64,000 nucleotides of DNA, from positions 19,096,001 through 19,160,000 of the forward strand of contig OZ249452.1 of assembly GCA_965235115.1 (NCBI GenBank), in the 5' to 3' direction. Origin of the DNA: Laetmonice hystrix. Its lineage: Eukaryota. The notes under the pieces were generated by a model, which saw only the letters and a list, made by a program, of their open reading frames with translations, was not told the origin of the DNA and made no database searches. A program made the translations under genes and the position numbers. This document shows, piece by piece, positions 23,374 to 33,629 of this stretch. How positions within the stretch are numbered: the first letter of the stretch is position 1; the number at the start of each line of letters is the position of its first letter.

Positions 23374-24249
23374 TCATTTTAAACTGAGACCTTCTAAAAG
23401 TCTATTAAAAGTGTAGTAAAAATCTGAGGGCTTCCTAATCAATGCCTCCGAGATTGTTGTAAAACTTCGATCAAGTGTTCTTTGAGTCAGTGGTTGTTGT
23501 GAGTCAGGGCAGGTGTTGTGCTCGTAGCAACACACACCACAATTCGGTTGGTCTGTTTTGTATGGCATTGTTTTATTTGCTGCATGAAGCCTGGCTTGTT
23601 TTGCAACATCTAATTGGCTGGATAGGTCACGTGACATGAGACCCATGGCAGGATTTTCCAGACCGTGATTGGTCAAATCCTGGTCACCTGACGTGGCATC
23701 ACTTTCTTCCAGCCAATCCAGTTGTGACCTTGAAGAAACTGTCACTCTTTGACTAAGTTGCTCCTCTGCCACATTATTTTTGGTGTGTTTTTTACTGGGA
23801 TTAGAACTGCATTTATCCAAGGCAAGCCTATTACCACTCACTAGCTCTGGACATGAATATGACGCTGCGAGAGTTTCATTCTCAACACAAGTTTTGCTAC
23901 TTTTTATCATCAACTCTTCAAGGTCAATGCTGCTGTAGTTACTATGGCAACACCTCCAAACTTGAGATCGATTAAGGTCACCCTCAGATGTTTCTGGAAG
24001 ATGACATTCAGTTGTGGTTTCTTCTAAAGTCCTTTCTACCACGTCCCGCTTGATTCCTACAGTGATGACAAACTTCTCCTTCATGTACATCTGACATGCA
24101 CCGGCTGGAAATGTTCTGGTTGCCATGGAAACAATCTCCTCCCGCTGTTGATGAGGGATTCCCTCAGTCTGTAGAACAGATCTCAGCCTATCAGCGTCAA
24201 AGTGGGTGAAGGGACATCCCCCGGCCTCCTGTGGTCCCACACTCCGACC
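23374..24249 (-). CDS. PRIM2-like terminal exon (GCPF, ACQ, long insertion, KPSDFY)
   Basis: tttcag|GGT...TAA; 876 nt. Confidence 0.9.
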   Translation of the reverse strand, partial: GRSVGPQEAGGCPFTHFDADRLRSVLQTEGIPHQQREEIVSMATRTFPAGACQMYMKEKFVITVGIKRDVVERTLEETTTECHLPETSEGDLNRSQVWRCCHSNYSSIDLEELMIKSSKTCVENETLAASYSCPELVSGNRLALDKCSSNPSKKHTKNNVAEEQLSQRVTVSSRSQLDWLEESDATSGDQDLTNHGLENPAMGLMSRDLSSQLDVAKQARLHAANKTMPYKTDQPNCGVCCYEHNTCPDSQQPLTQRTLDRSFTTISEALIRKPSDFYYTFNRLLEGLSLK

Positions 24250-26441
24250 CTGAAACATCACAGCTAGTATATAGAAGAAAGAGGTTTCATTTCATTACAG
24301 GACACCACATTTGTCACGGCATTTAAGCCGAGTGGTTGACTATTTTCCTGAATAAAGATGATTAACCAAAAAAAAAAAAAAAAAAAAAAATTCAGATTCT
24401 TACTTAGATTCAACTATAACCTCTTCCGAACTGACTGTGACTGACATTAACTGTGGCCTAGGACCCTCTAACGTCTGAAGTATTGTTAGCAAACAGATGT
24501 TGGTAAAAGCGGTAAATGCCTTGTACCTGCAGGGACAGACAGCAATGTGCCCTGTAGTTGATCCTTGACCCTTCAAGGCCATACAAATGGCGGATGTTGT
24601 AGGTGTACCGTCGGCTATCCTTCTGCCAACTGTGGCCTTGACAGTCTCCATGGTAACCAGAGGGTTTCCAGTATTCCTCTCTCCAAAAGAGAAGAGCTTC
24701 ATGAACCGGCATGCCAATCTCTTTGAGGAAGAGTGTGTACTGGATCTGGTAAAAACATTAAAAAGTCACAACAAATCAAGAATTGGGAATAACAACACAA
24801 GATTTCATCAGTGACTTCTCATGAACCTTACTACAACCTACCGTATGTCCCTTTAGCCGCGCATGTGCGTGTGCAGAAAAGCAGTGCGCGGCAATAGGGA
24901 GGTTGCGCCAGCAGCTTACAAAATTTTACACTAGGTGGCGCGTTGAATACGGGTTTCCGGCACAGCTTGTTTGAAAAATGCGGGGGTGCGCGGCAAATAG
25001 GTGGTGTGCGGCTAAAGGGACATATACGGTATTTTGTTTCTTTGATAGCACTTTCATTCCCTACCCTATCAGAATGCTTCAATCGATGTTGACGTCGGAG
25101 GCGGCCATGAAGGTGTGACATGCAGAGCGGCACCTGGTGGACGAGGTTGTCAACACTGTCAGAGCTCACGTCTGACATCGATGGGTAGAATATAGAATGG
25201 TGTCTTCGGAAAATCACCTGTGTATCATTAACTATCATTATCTTTAAGAAAGTAAATGTAAATCAATATGATCACGGATGTCAGTTTACTTCACGGCTCA
25301 ATGGTTCAGCCCACTTGTGTAGGAAGAAAATTTACACTGGTACAGAACTTTTCAAAATGAAATATTTGTTCCTTCAATGACAAGGTGCCCCAGAGATAAC
25401 TTACCGCATCATTAGATTCCGTTCTACGCAAGTATTTCTATGGGTTTTATAATAAATACAACTGACCTTGATTTGTCCAAACAAGCATCTCAACCTTTTG
25501 TCTTCACATACTAGTGGATACTGTTTTCTGGCCAGTTCAAGGCCATACTGTAGCAATCTCTCAAAGATTGATGTTAAGATGACGTAGAACCTTGTAAAGG
25601 GTACAAGTGCTCGGCCTCCGTGTAGACGCACTGCACGTGTAGCTACAAGATGTGGCACAAACTCAAATGGTAACAACAGGATGTTGTCTGCAGTCACACC
25701 ATCCATGATGTGGCCCACCAGCTCATCCATGTGAATACGACAAGTCACAGCTGACAAGATGGCGGTAATTTCTGCTAATGTGCGGTGCTTGAATCTCTCA
25801 GTTTCTCTGCAGAAAACTATTAATTTTTTCAGAGGTTCTACAACAAAATTCTGCAGTTCCACCTCTGTCATACAGGACACCCTATAGTTAAAGAATGATG
25901 TTTCCGCCTGAATGAAAAACTGCGTCATCTCTGGTTCGGCACAACATGCCAGCCTGTGAGAGGGGGAAAAACGATCGGTCAGTGCATCTTCTCATCCAAT
26001 GCCAATTAGAGACAAGAGACTTTTGTCTTTTTCTACAATGTAAAATACAATTACATATTCTTGACAACATTGTTTAAGACTTTACTTAAGCTACCTTTTT
26101 CAAATCATGTTGTAGAATATCTGGGTTATCCGCCTTGGAAGCAAATCCATGCTGCCTTAGAGCATTATACATTACTGTCATTATTTCTAATCTGCATGCA
26201 GCAATGGCCAACGTCCAGAAAATTACCTGAGGAGAAAATGAGAAATATTGTCCTTCTTTGATCCTTCTATGAGGCAGTCGGCCGCATCCGTGGAGACACT
26301 CTCCATCATCAAATCCTGCAGCATCATCGGACTCCCACGGCACTCTGACACACCAAGCAGGAACTTCATTCTTGTCTTGGCGTAATCTTCAACTTTTGAT
26401 AGTTGCATGTTGCCTGTTGGGGGATCCAGGTAGAGTGCCAT
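23374..26441 (-). CDS. DNA primase large subunit-like protein (PRIM2/PriL family, divergent), 5 coding exons, 649 aa
   Basis: Exons 26441-26227, 25953-25467, 25217-25065, 24745-24527, 24249-23374 join in frame (phases 2,0,0,0; 1950 nt). Motifs LYLDPP, KDNISHFLLRLA, VPLCM, LKHSDRIQYTLFLKEIG, YTYNIRHLYGLEG, GCPF, ACQ, RKPSDFY are collinear with PRIM2. Confidence 0.9.
24527..24745 (-). CDS. PRIM2-like exon 4 (IQYTLFLKEIG...RAHCCLSLQ)
   Basis: ttaccag|ATC...CAG|gtacaa; 219 nt. Confidence 0.92.
24841..25029. mobile_element. Tc1/mariner (pogo-like) MITE in PRIM2-like intron 3
   Basis: TA|CCGTATGTCCCTTTAGCCGC...GCGGCTAAAGGGACATATACGG|TA. Confidence 0.82.
25065..25217 (-). CDS. PRIM2-like exon 3 (VIFRRHH...VPLCM...LKHSDR)
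   Basis: cacag|GTG...AGG|gtaggg; 153 nt. Confidence 0.9.
25467..25953 (-). CDS. PRIM2-like exon 2 (LACCAEPE...LFGQIK)
   Basis: ctctcacag|G CTG...AAG|gtcagt; 487 nt. Confidence 0.9.
26227..26441 (-). CDS. PRIM2-like first coding exon (MALYLDPP...ISHFLLR)
   Basis: ATG at 26441 (the ORF-track start at 26465 is GTG); ends CTC AG|gtaatt; 215 nt. Confidence 0.88.
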
Positions 26442-26814
26442 CTTCCCATGATATTTATAAACCACTACATCATGTCGAAGTAAAAGAGAAATAACAACTG
26501 CCTGAGATAATATTCTGTAAAATTTAACTTGGGCTGTATGGCTAAGTTATAGATAGATTGCCTCCGACTCTGTGATAGGTCTCGCCTACTGCTTGACTGG
26601 TAACTGGGACGACACTCAGTCAGTGCGAGTGTGTGACTGTTTCAGCAAGCCTGTCAGTGTCTAAAACATGTAAAACCACAAATACTAGCCTAGTGCTAGT
26701 ACCAGGGCCACGCTACATTTAAACCCTGATTCATTGATGCTACTGCAGTTCATTGCCCCAGGATCGCCAGTCCACTACAACTGAACTGACCACAACAAGA
26801 AAGTCTAATCTTAC

Positions 26815-27031
26815 CGACCATGCGGCGATTATGACGGGGGACTCCTCCCCGTGACGTCATTAGGGAACCCCCGCCCTGTCACTTTCTCGTCTGTCGACAG
26901 ATGGCGCAGTAGCTGCGCATAGTTTCAGAGTTCGCCGCTTGGGGGCAAGACGTTGTTTTTGGCGGAACTTCAGGCCATGTGCGCACGAGAACACCTCAAC
27001 TCAAGTCAAGTTGATGCACAACTTCCACAAG
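26815..27031. promoter_or_regulatory. CpG-rich, probably bidirectional promoter upstream of the PRIM2-like gene
   Basis: CRE TGACGTCA (26852), YY1-like AGATGGCG (26899), E2F-like TTTGGCGG (26958); - strand donor CG|GTAAGA at 26814 (UTR exon) and + strand donor AAG|GTAGGA at 27032. Confidence 0.55.
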
Positions 27032-27529
27032 GTAGGATCCCTGGATAAATTGTTGTTTATGTTAACTATCAGTGACAATATGCAATATAACTCCAAGACT
27101 ATAGGCATAGCATAGGCATTATGCCCGCATATAGACGTAGATAGAGACCAACTTCACCAACTTGTCCAAGCTAGCATGCAACTTGCAAGGTCCAAGCCAA
27201 GGCCATACCCATGACATGTTTGCGAATAACAAAAGGTTATCCCTAACGTTACCTTTAACTAAGCCAGGCTAACCTTTTTAGCCTTCGGGTTAAACTAAGC
27301 CTAACTAACTTCCCTTACTAACGTTAAGCCTTAGCCTACTGTGTCTAAGCTTTAAGTTTAACTAGGCTAAGGCAAAGGCATGGGACGATGGGTCTCTGAC
27401 CAGTTGGAGGTCGGTGCAAAGCATAGCCATACTCATACTGCCCATATAGCCTAGGCCTAGCATAGCCATAGGCATAGCATGATAGCAAGGCCTACGTTGT
27501 ACTTGCAGTCTTTCCGCATTGCCCACCGT

Positions 27530-27790
27530 CAGGGGCGGATTCAGGGGGGGGGCCGAGGGGGCCGCGGCCCCCCCTTTCGTCAGGGTACCAATCAGAAAAA
27601 AGGCAAAATTTTGTTGTTTGCAACTGTAAATGCAAACATTTTGTTTCTCAGAATGCAGGAAATTTCAGGAAATGCCATTTCAGAGACTCTAGATGTTCAA
27701 AATTGTCCGGGGGCATGCCCCGGACCCCCTACCAGGGCTCGGCCCCCCTTTAATTCCAGCCGGTCCCCGCCCTTTTCCAAAACCCTTTCC
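27530..27790 (+). mobile_element. Truncated hAT-like G-tract element
   Basis: Starts CAGGGGCGGATTCAGGGGGG, related to the termini at 33166-33629 and ~8975; no 3' TIR seen. Confidence 0.45.
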
Positions 27791-28655
27791 TAAGTCTACT
27801 GATTGTGACGTGACAATATCACCATGGTCGTACGGCCTGTTTCATGATCTGTCGTTCCGGTTGTCTTTTTCTTTTGACGTCACAACTCCCAAACGGGCAG
27901 AAATCTGCCCGTTTTGCTTGGTGTGTACCTGTCTCAATCTCCGAGGGAGGGAGGAGTGAGCAGGGGACCAGTCAGGCAGGGAGCAATACTACATGCGCCG
28001 CCTTGTGGCGATTTAGAGAACCGATGGCACTAGTTCAAATCTAAAACACCAGATGGCGGACCTGTCGTCGGCTGGACCCAATGAGCGGTTCAGAAGGGCG
28101 GCAAAGATTTTTTTTAACCTGCCTAAAATTATTTTAATGAATTGTGTGGCTATCAATCCAACAAAGACACAGTGAATTAGTTTTAAAGTTTTATTAATAT
28201 GGTGCTGGCAGCCGATATATTTTACGGGCCTTCATAAAAGTATACTGCAGGAAAATAGAACATTTTAAAAAGGCAGCAGGTTTGGCATCATGTGTGGGTT
28301 AGATAATCATGCAGGGATGGAAATAGTCGGTATCACATTTGCGATACATACAAACTGCGCTGTAATTTCCAAACTGAATTGCAGAAAACTGCGAATGAAT
28401 AATTTCTGACAAAAGTAGTAAAGTACTGTACATATATATAATGTCACGTTAAATCTGGGTTAGGTTCACAGAATCTGTTACACAAGATTTGAAAACTGCT
28501 ATGCAACAAATTACATAGCAGTTACTGCTACGCAATTACTAATTTTTTTTGCCTATTTCCCTATACTGTAATGTATTATCAATTAGGCACAATATCACAG
28601 CTAGGTGGTAAACTCTACTCAGTGTTTTCTTTTAAAACATGTTACATGATGATTA

Positions 28656-28994
28656 CAGGGTTGGACAAATCCACTAGCCCGAGGTCCGGGACCGACTTGT
28701 GAAAATATATATCATTGGTAGTCCGACGGACTCTTGCCAAGTCGTGGTTAAACGTACTGTCATTGACAGGTGGTATCTGTCAGGACCTGGTGCCAGGCAT
28801 GTAGCAGGTCACAAACCTTCATCCTCCAAGGATGCTGGAGGTCTGTGGCCTGTAATGGCAGTGATGATGGCAATCTTAACATTTCCAAAAACAATTGTGG
28901 AGTTTTGGACCAGTGGACCCAAGTTCAGGACCAGTAAATATTCTGAGTTACTGGTCCTGGACCAGTGACTCGTAAAATAATTTGTCCAACCCTG
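28656..28994. mobile_element. MITE, CAGGG-ended, hAT-like
   Basis: Perfect 15-bp TIR CAGGGTTGGACAAAT; GATTA on both flanks (5-bp TSD); repeated GGACCAG/CTGGTCC internal motifs. Confidence 0.8.
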
Positions 28995-29156
28995 GATTAC
29001 CATACTCACAGTCTGGGTTTTCTTTTCACAGCAGATTCAGGAAGCACTTATTTTTATATTAATTAAATTATATTTCTCCCTGCCCACGTACTACTCCAGT
29101 CATAGCACGACAAAATCAGACACGATATCATTCTGGCAACTTTTGGCAGTTTCTCG

Positions 29157-29404
29157 TCAGTAATAGATTGCTAATGAGGCAAGCGCCATGAATAACAAGT
29201 AACAGAGCCCAACAAATATGATTGGGGGTTTCCCCATCAACATGAACAGTATTTTGAGGTGGCTAATACTGCTCAAATTCTCTGCTGCCTCGTAGATTTC
29301 ATAATAAAGTCTTGGATAAAAACTATGCCTCCCTGCAACATACTTGCTGTATTGTTGCATGTATGGCCTCAGCTGGCAATCCTTCATATAGGATTTTACT
29401 TTTT
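29157..29404 (-). CDS. Death-domain gene terminal exon ending IIFVGLCYLLFMALASLAIYY*
   Basis: ttttttatatgcag|AA AAA GTA...TGA; phase 1 matches the donor at 29574. Confidence 0.65.
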
Positions 29405-31620
29405 CTGCATATAAAAAATAAATTTGTCGTCATGCTATGTAAAGATTCCCACAAAATTCAACAAATCTGACCTCAAACAGACAGGTGGACTGGTTCAAGC
29501 ACATGGCATCCATGAGTTTCTAGATGTCGTAATTAAATGTTATTTATAGAAACATCAGAAGTGACTGACATACTCTCCACCTCAGCTCCTGTAACTCTCG
29601 ACATTGGCAGCACAGACCGTCCACCCGATGTGGTACGGGGACCCAATGTGTTAGGTAGAGACAGACTCGGAGTGTCATGGTCCACATCATCCTGAACGCT
29701 GTCTCTGCCCAGCAGAGTGTGTGCAGATGTGGGGAAGCGTTGGTTCTGCTCTCCCCCCTCTTCCATCTGCTGCTGTCCAGCTTCTGTCCCTTGGGGGGAC
29801 TGTGGATCCCTGGCTTCCATCTGTAGCTCCTGGTCTTCCATCTGCTCCTGGCCTGCTTCAGTTCCTTGGTGGGTGGTGGGTGGAGGGGGCCATGTAATGT
29901 CAAGTCTGCGCACTTGGCGGGTCACCTCATGTAGAGGGGCATCGTCAGGCTGGGAGACAGGGCCACCACGGAGCGATGGACCTGCTCCCTCGGAGCCAAG
30001 TGTAGGGAAACTTGGGTCAGAATACGAGGGACGTACGGGTGAAGCAGTTGCATTATCAATGTTTCCTGCACGACGCTGAAGGGCTTCCAGACCTGAAACT
30101 GAAGAGAGAACATAAAACTTGACAAACCCCAAAACTGAGATATTTTTCTCACCTTTAAATGCCAACTTCAAAGCATTTGATTTAAAAAAATTAATTTTAT
30201 GAGTGTGGGAAACACAACTGTAGGCCTATATAAGCACAAAATTCATGCGCTACAAGACCCACTCAGTTTTTTTATAGGAAGGGGTGGCTCAGCTCTGGAA
30301 CATAAAGTTTACCTTGTCTGACCTTGAGAGCAAGGTCATTCCGCCTGACTTTGATGAGAGCATCTTTAAGTTGATCTTCCATCATGGTTTCAATGTGGCG
30401 AGAACTGTTACGCCAACACAGTAAAAGATTGAAATGGAGGTTTTCATCATGCGGTGCTGGGGCACGAATCCTGTCTAGTTCATCAGCAGAAAGCCCAAGA
30501 TAAATCCCCAACGTGTACCAGTCTCGGCTAAGATGGTATCCTATAGTACACATAATTTCGCCGTGCGTGCTGTTGGCTGTAAATTATAAACCAGACCTTC
30601 AGTGAATTACTACTGAGAGTGAAACATGGGAAACAGCAAACTGATTGATGCCTATATGTAAACAGGGCGACCACCAAAAATTTAATTTTAAACTCCCTGT
30701 TTTCCCTTTGTTTTAAGGATTTTTCCAAATTCCCTGTGCTTTCCCTGCAGGGAATTTATTTTTATAATTTTCCCTGTTTTCCTGGTGTACACAGGGATTA
30801 CAGGATGTTTGACAACCCCACTCACCCATGGGACCAGTGATCATTCGAACTGCACTAATCCCTTTGAACTTTCTGAGCATTATATAATTAAGCTTATTAA
30901 AATAGCCCTAAAAGGTTAGTTGCCCAAAGGACTAGTACCCCTTGTCTTTGCTAAAATTATTTTGTAGTCCCGACATTGTTGCACTTGCCTAAGCAAGTAG
31001 GAGAGTGGGTCTTGCGACCCATATGTGCAGATTGAATTGATTTCAAATGTTTTTTAAAATATGTAATATTATTCAATGGCAATGTTACATTGATCAGTCA
31101 TAATTGGACATTTAAGCATTTGTCGTGAAAACTTCTTTATTGTAAGTGCAAAAATCTACACAAACGTTTGGAGATTTCAATCTAGTGTAGTAGTGAGCTA
31201 AATCCACTCACATCTGTTGATGCAGAAAAGTACTTTTCTCCTTATAAATATCAAAAAGGTTCAAAGAGCTTTACAAATTATAAAACTAGAATTTCGACTG
31301 CGATGTTATCAAACTTTTTTTAATAGTACCACCAGACCCACCTACAGTCATCCGTCCTATTTCTCGGGCTAAATCAATGCGATGCACTTTATTAAGCCCT
31401 TCACGAAGTTTGTTGGTCCATTGGTGATCGTTTCCAGCAAATTTCTTGTTCCACTTGTCAAGCATCAGCCACGGATGATTTGTGGAGTTTCCCTGTAGTT
31501 GCATCAGTAGATTGGCCATGTGTATTGGGGGAAGATCCAAGTAAAGTGCAAGTGGGTAGCTCTCGTCTGTAAGCTGGCCGGCGATTTCCATCAAGAAACT
31601 CTCTTGAAGCACGGGAGATG
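29157..31620 (-). CDS. Tandem death-domain protein with C-terminal transmembrane helix (5' exon unresolved)
   Basis: Four phase-1 exons 31620-31342 (DD1), 30576-30313 (DD2), 30092(or 30098)-29574 (low-complexity linker), 29404-29157 (TM tail) join in frame with canonical sites. Confidence 0.75.
29574..30092 (-). CDS. Death-domain gene linker exon (Pro/Gln/Glu-rich)
   Basis: tttcag|GT CTG...GAG A|gtatgt; 519 nt; an alternative in-frame acceptor lies 6 nt upstream (30098). Confidence 0.72.
30313..30576 (-). CDS. Death domain 2 exon
   Basis: ttacag|CC...CAA G|gtaaac; IGYHLSRDWYTLGIYLGLSADELDRI...LLLCW...LKDALIKVRRNDLA fits the six-helix death-domain pattern. Confidence 0.88.
31342..31620 (-). 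CDS. Death domain 1 exon
   Basis: tttcag|CA...GTA G|gtgggt; LMEIAGQL...LALYLDL...MLDKW...LREGLNKVHRIDLA fits the death-domain pattern. Confidence 0.82.
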
Positions 31621-32448
31621 CTGAAACAGATTGTTGATATTAGGGCTCTCTCATGAATATTATCTTCAATTTATTTTTTTCCTAACCGAATTTTTAGCTC
31701 ATAATTCTAAAATCTTCTTAAATATGTATAGTAAAAACAAACTTTTTTGGCACCTTCTACTTAGGCCTACCAACAAACAGTATAAACACTGGGCATGGGT
31801 CGATTTCGACGGGAGTCTGTGAGTCCAAGACTCCCAAAAATTGGGACGGACTCCTGGTAGCCCCCATGGGTCTAGTTGTCTCCCAGATATTTACAAACAG
31901 ACAGTTTTTAACCCAGGACCCAGTGACGATCTACTACTCAGCAGGGGTCACAACGCTGATATGTTTCAGTTTCACTCAGGACCCCCCCCCCCCCCCCCCT
32001 CCCTTTAAAATCTGGAGGTGAAAGAAATTCATGCGGTCAGAATTCACCAGGAAGCTGGGCCTGAGATAGGCTAGCCCCGGCAACCCCAACCCAAGCAGGA
32101 AGTTTCCAAGTCAAACACCTACTCCACAGTCGGGAAGGTTGTCCGGCCGGCCAGCATCGATCTGGATCCACCTCACGGTTGGGGAGTCCTTGCCAGGCCA
32201 TCACTGGCGTCAGGAGGCGTCAGGAGGCGTCAGAGAGCGTCAGGAGGCGGAGATCATCATGAAAAAGTTGAGGGTTGGAGTTGGTGTATCCACCTTCCGT
32301 GATTCCCGAGTGCGGTCGACAGCCTCGGTCTCCGACTTGGGGGGTTTCCGAATGTCTAAATATAACCATGTTGATCAACCATGGAGCGTCTGCAGCGACC
32401 TCTGGTGGAATTGGGGGAAATAACTGACGCGGTTTGTTTCATACTCAC

Positions 32449-32960
32449 CTGAAAAGCATGAGACAAATAACCCAAGACAACAACACTAAGTCATGGAACC
32501 AAAGAACCAGACAACTGGCAGAACAGATGTGCATGGATATATCAAACCTCCAAACAATGGGAATACACCAAAGAAAAGAGACAATAAGGAGAATGGCGAA
32601 ACAACAAATGGAGGAGAAAATGAAGAACGACGGGAGAAACAAATCTAAGTATATATTCCTAACAACAAACAAGGACGATGGAAAAAGAACACCGGCATAT
32701 ACCTACAGGAACTAACAAGGAATCAAGCAAGTGCAATATTCATGGCAAGAACAAGGATGATAAAGGCCAAAGGAAACTATAAAAACAAATATAATAACCT
32801 ACAATGTAGGGGGTGTGGCCAAGAAGATGAAACTCAACAACACCTTATGGAAACATGCCCAGGAATACACAAAGACGATGAGACAAAAACCCTGATCTCG
32901 CAAATATTCTCGAAAGACATGAACATAGTGCATAAGGCAGCAAAAAACCTAATATGAATT
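32449..32960 (+). mobile_element. 5'-truncated non-LTR retrotransposon (LINE) ORF2 C-terminus
   Basis: ORFs 32434..32715 and 32742..32957 join across one frameshift near 32700 (PAY/LQELTRNQASAIFMARTRM) and end in the CX2CX8HX4C motif CRGC-GQEDETQQ-H-LMET-C. Confidence 0.85.
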
Positions 32961-33165
32961 AATACCCATCTAAATGAATGGGATACAGCGTAGCCCCACC
33001 CCCACAGGGGAACGGGCGTCCCGGCGATCTGGGAAAAACGCACGGAGAAAAGAAAGAAAGAAGGTGGCGCCACGGTTCCCAGGGCTCGCGAGTGTGCGGG
33101 TTTTGAATGAATTGATGCTTTCCAGTTTATATCTTTTTCTTTCCTCGTTGCTTTCATGGACAACG

Positions 33166-33629
33166 TAGGGGCAGATCCAGGATCGTTGGCAGGGGGGGGG
33201 GGGCGGTCAGAACGCCCACGCCAAGGAGGAGGGGGGGGGGTCCTCCGACTGAAAATGTTTGGGAATATATAGAAGGCCGTAGACGCTATTTCCCGACTTC
33301 TCAGCATCAAAGTGAAGTGAAGAGCTTTCGGTGAATATTCCGAGCGGTTTTTGGCAATGATTATTTGATAACTCACGTACATGTTTATTGAAAAGAGAGG
33401 CAGGGATCGAAATTATCGGAAGCTAGCTAGCGACTTGTCAGATCATGGTCAAATTACTTTCCTGAGGGCGAAGTGTTATAGGCCTAGGCCTAGGCCTACA
33501 TTGTAAACCCTATATTTCGGAAGCAATTAATCGGCATATTTGCTTCCGTGGGGAAATCCTTTATGACCTCTGGAGTGGGGGGGGGGGGGGTGGCCGACCC
33601 CCAAATCTCCCCCTCTGGATCCGCGCCTG
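33166..33629. mobile_element. hAT-like non-autonomous element with G-tracts
   Basis: Imperfect TIR TAGGGGCAGATCCAG ... CTGGATCCGCGCCTG; TSD not evident. Confidence 0.55.

Noticed and set aside
31286-31341. ORF-track C-terminus GGSGGTIKKSLITSQSKF* of death domain 1
   Set aside because: It lies past a good phase-1 donor (G|GTGGGT at 31341) that splices in frame to the second death domain.
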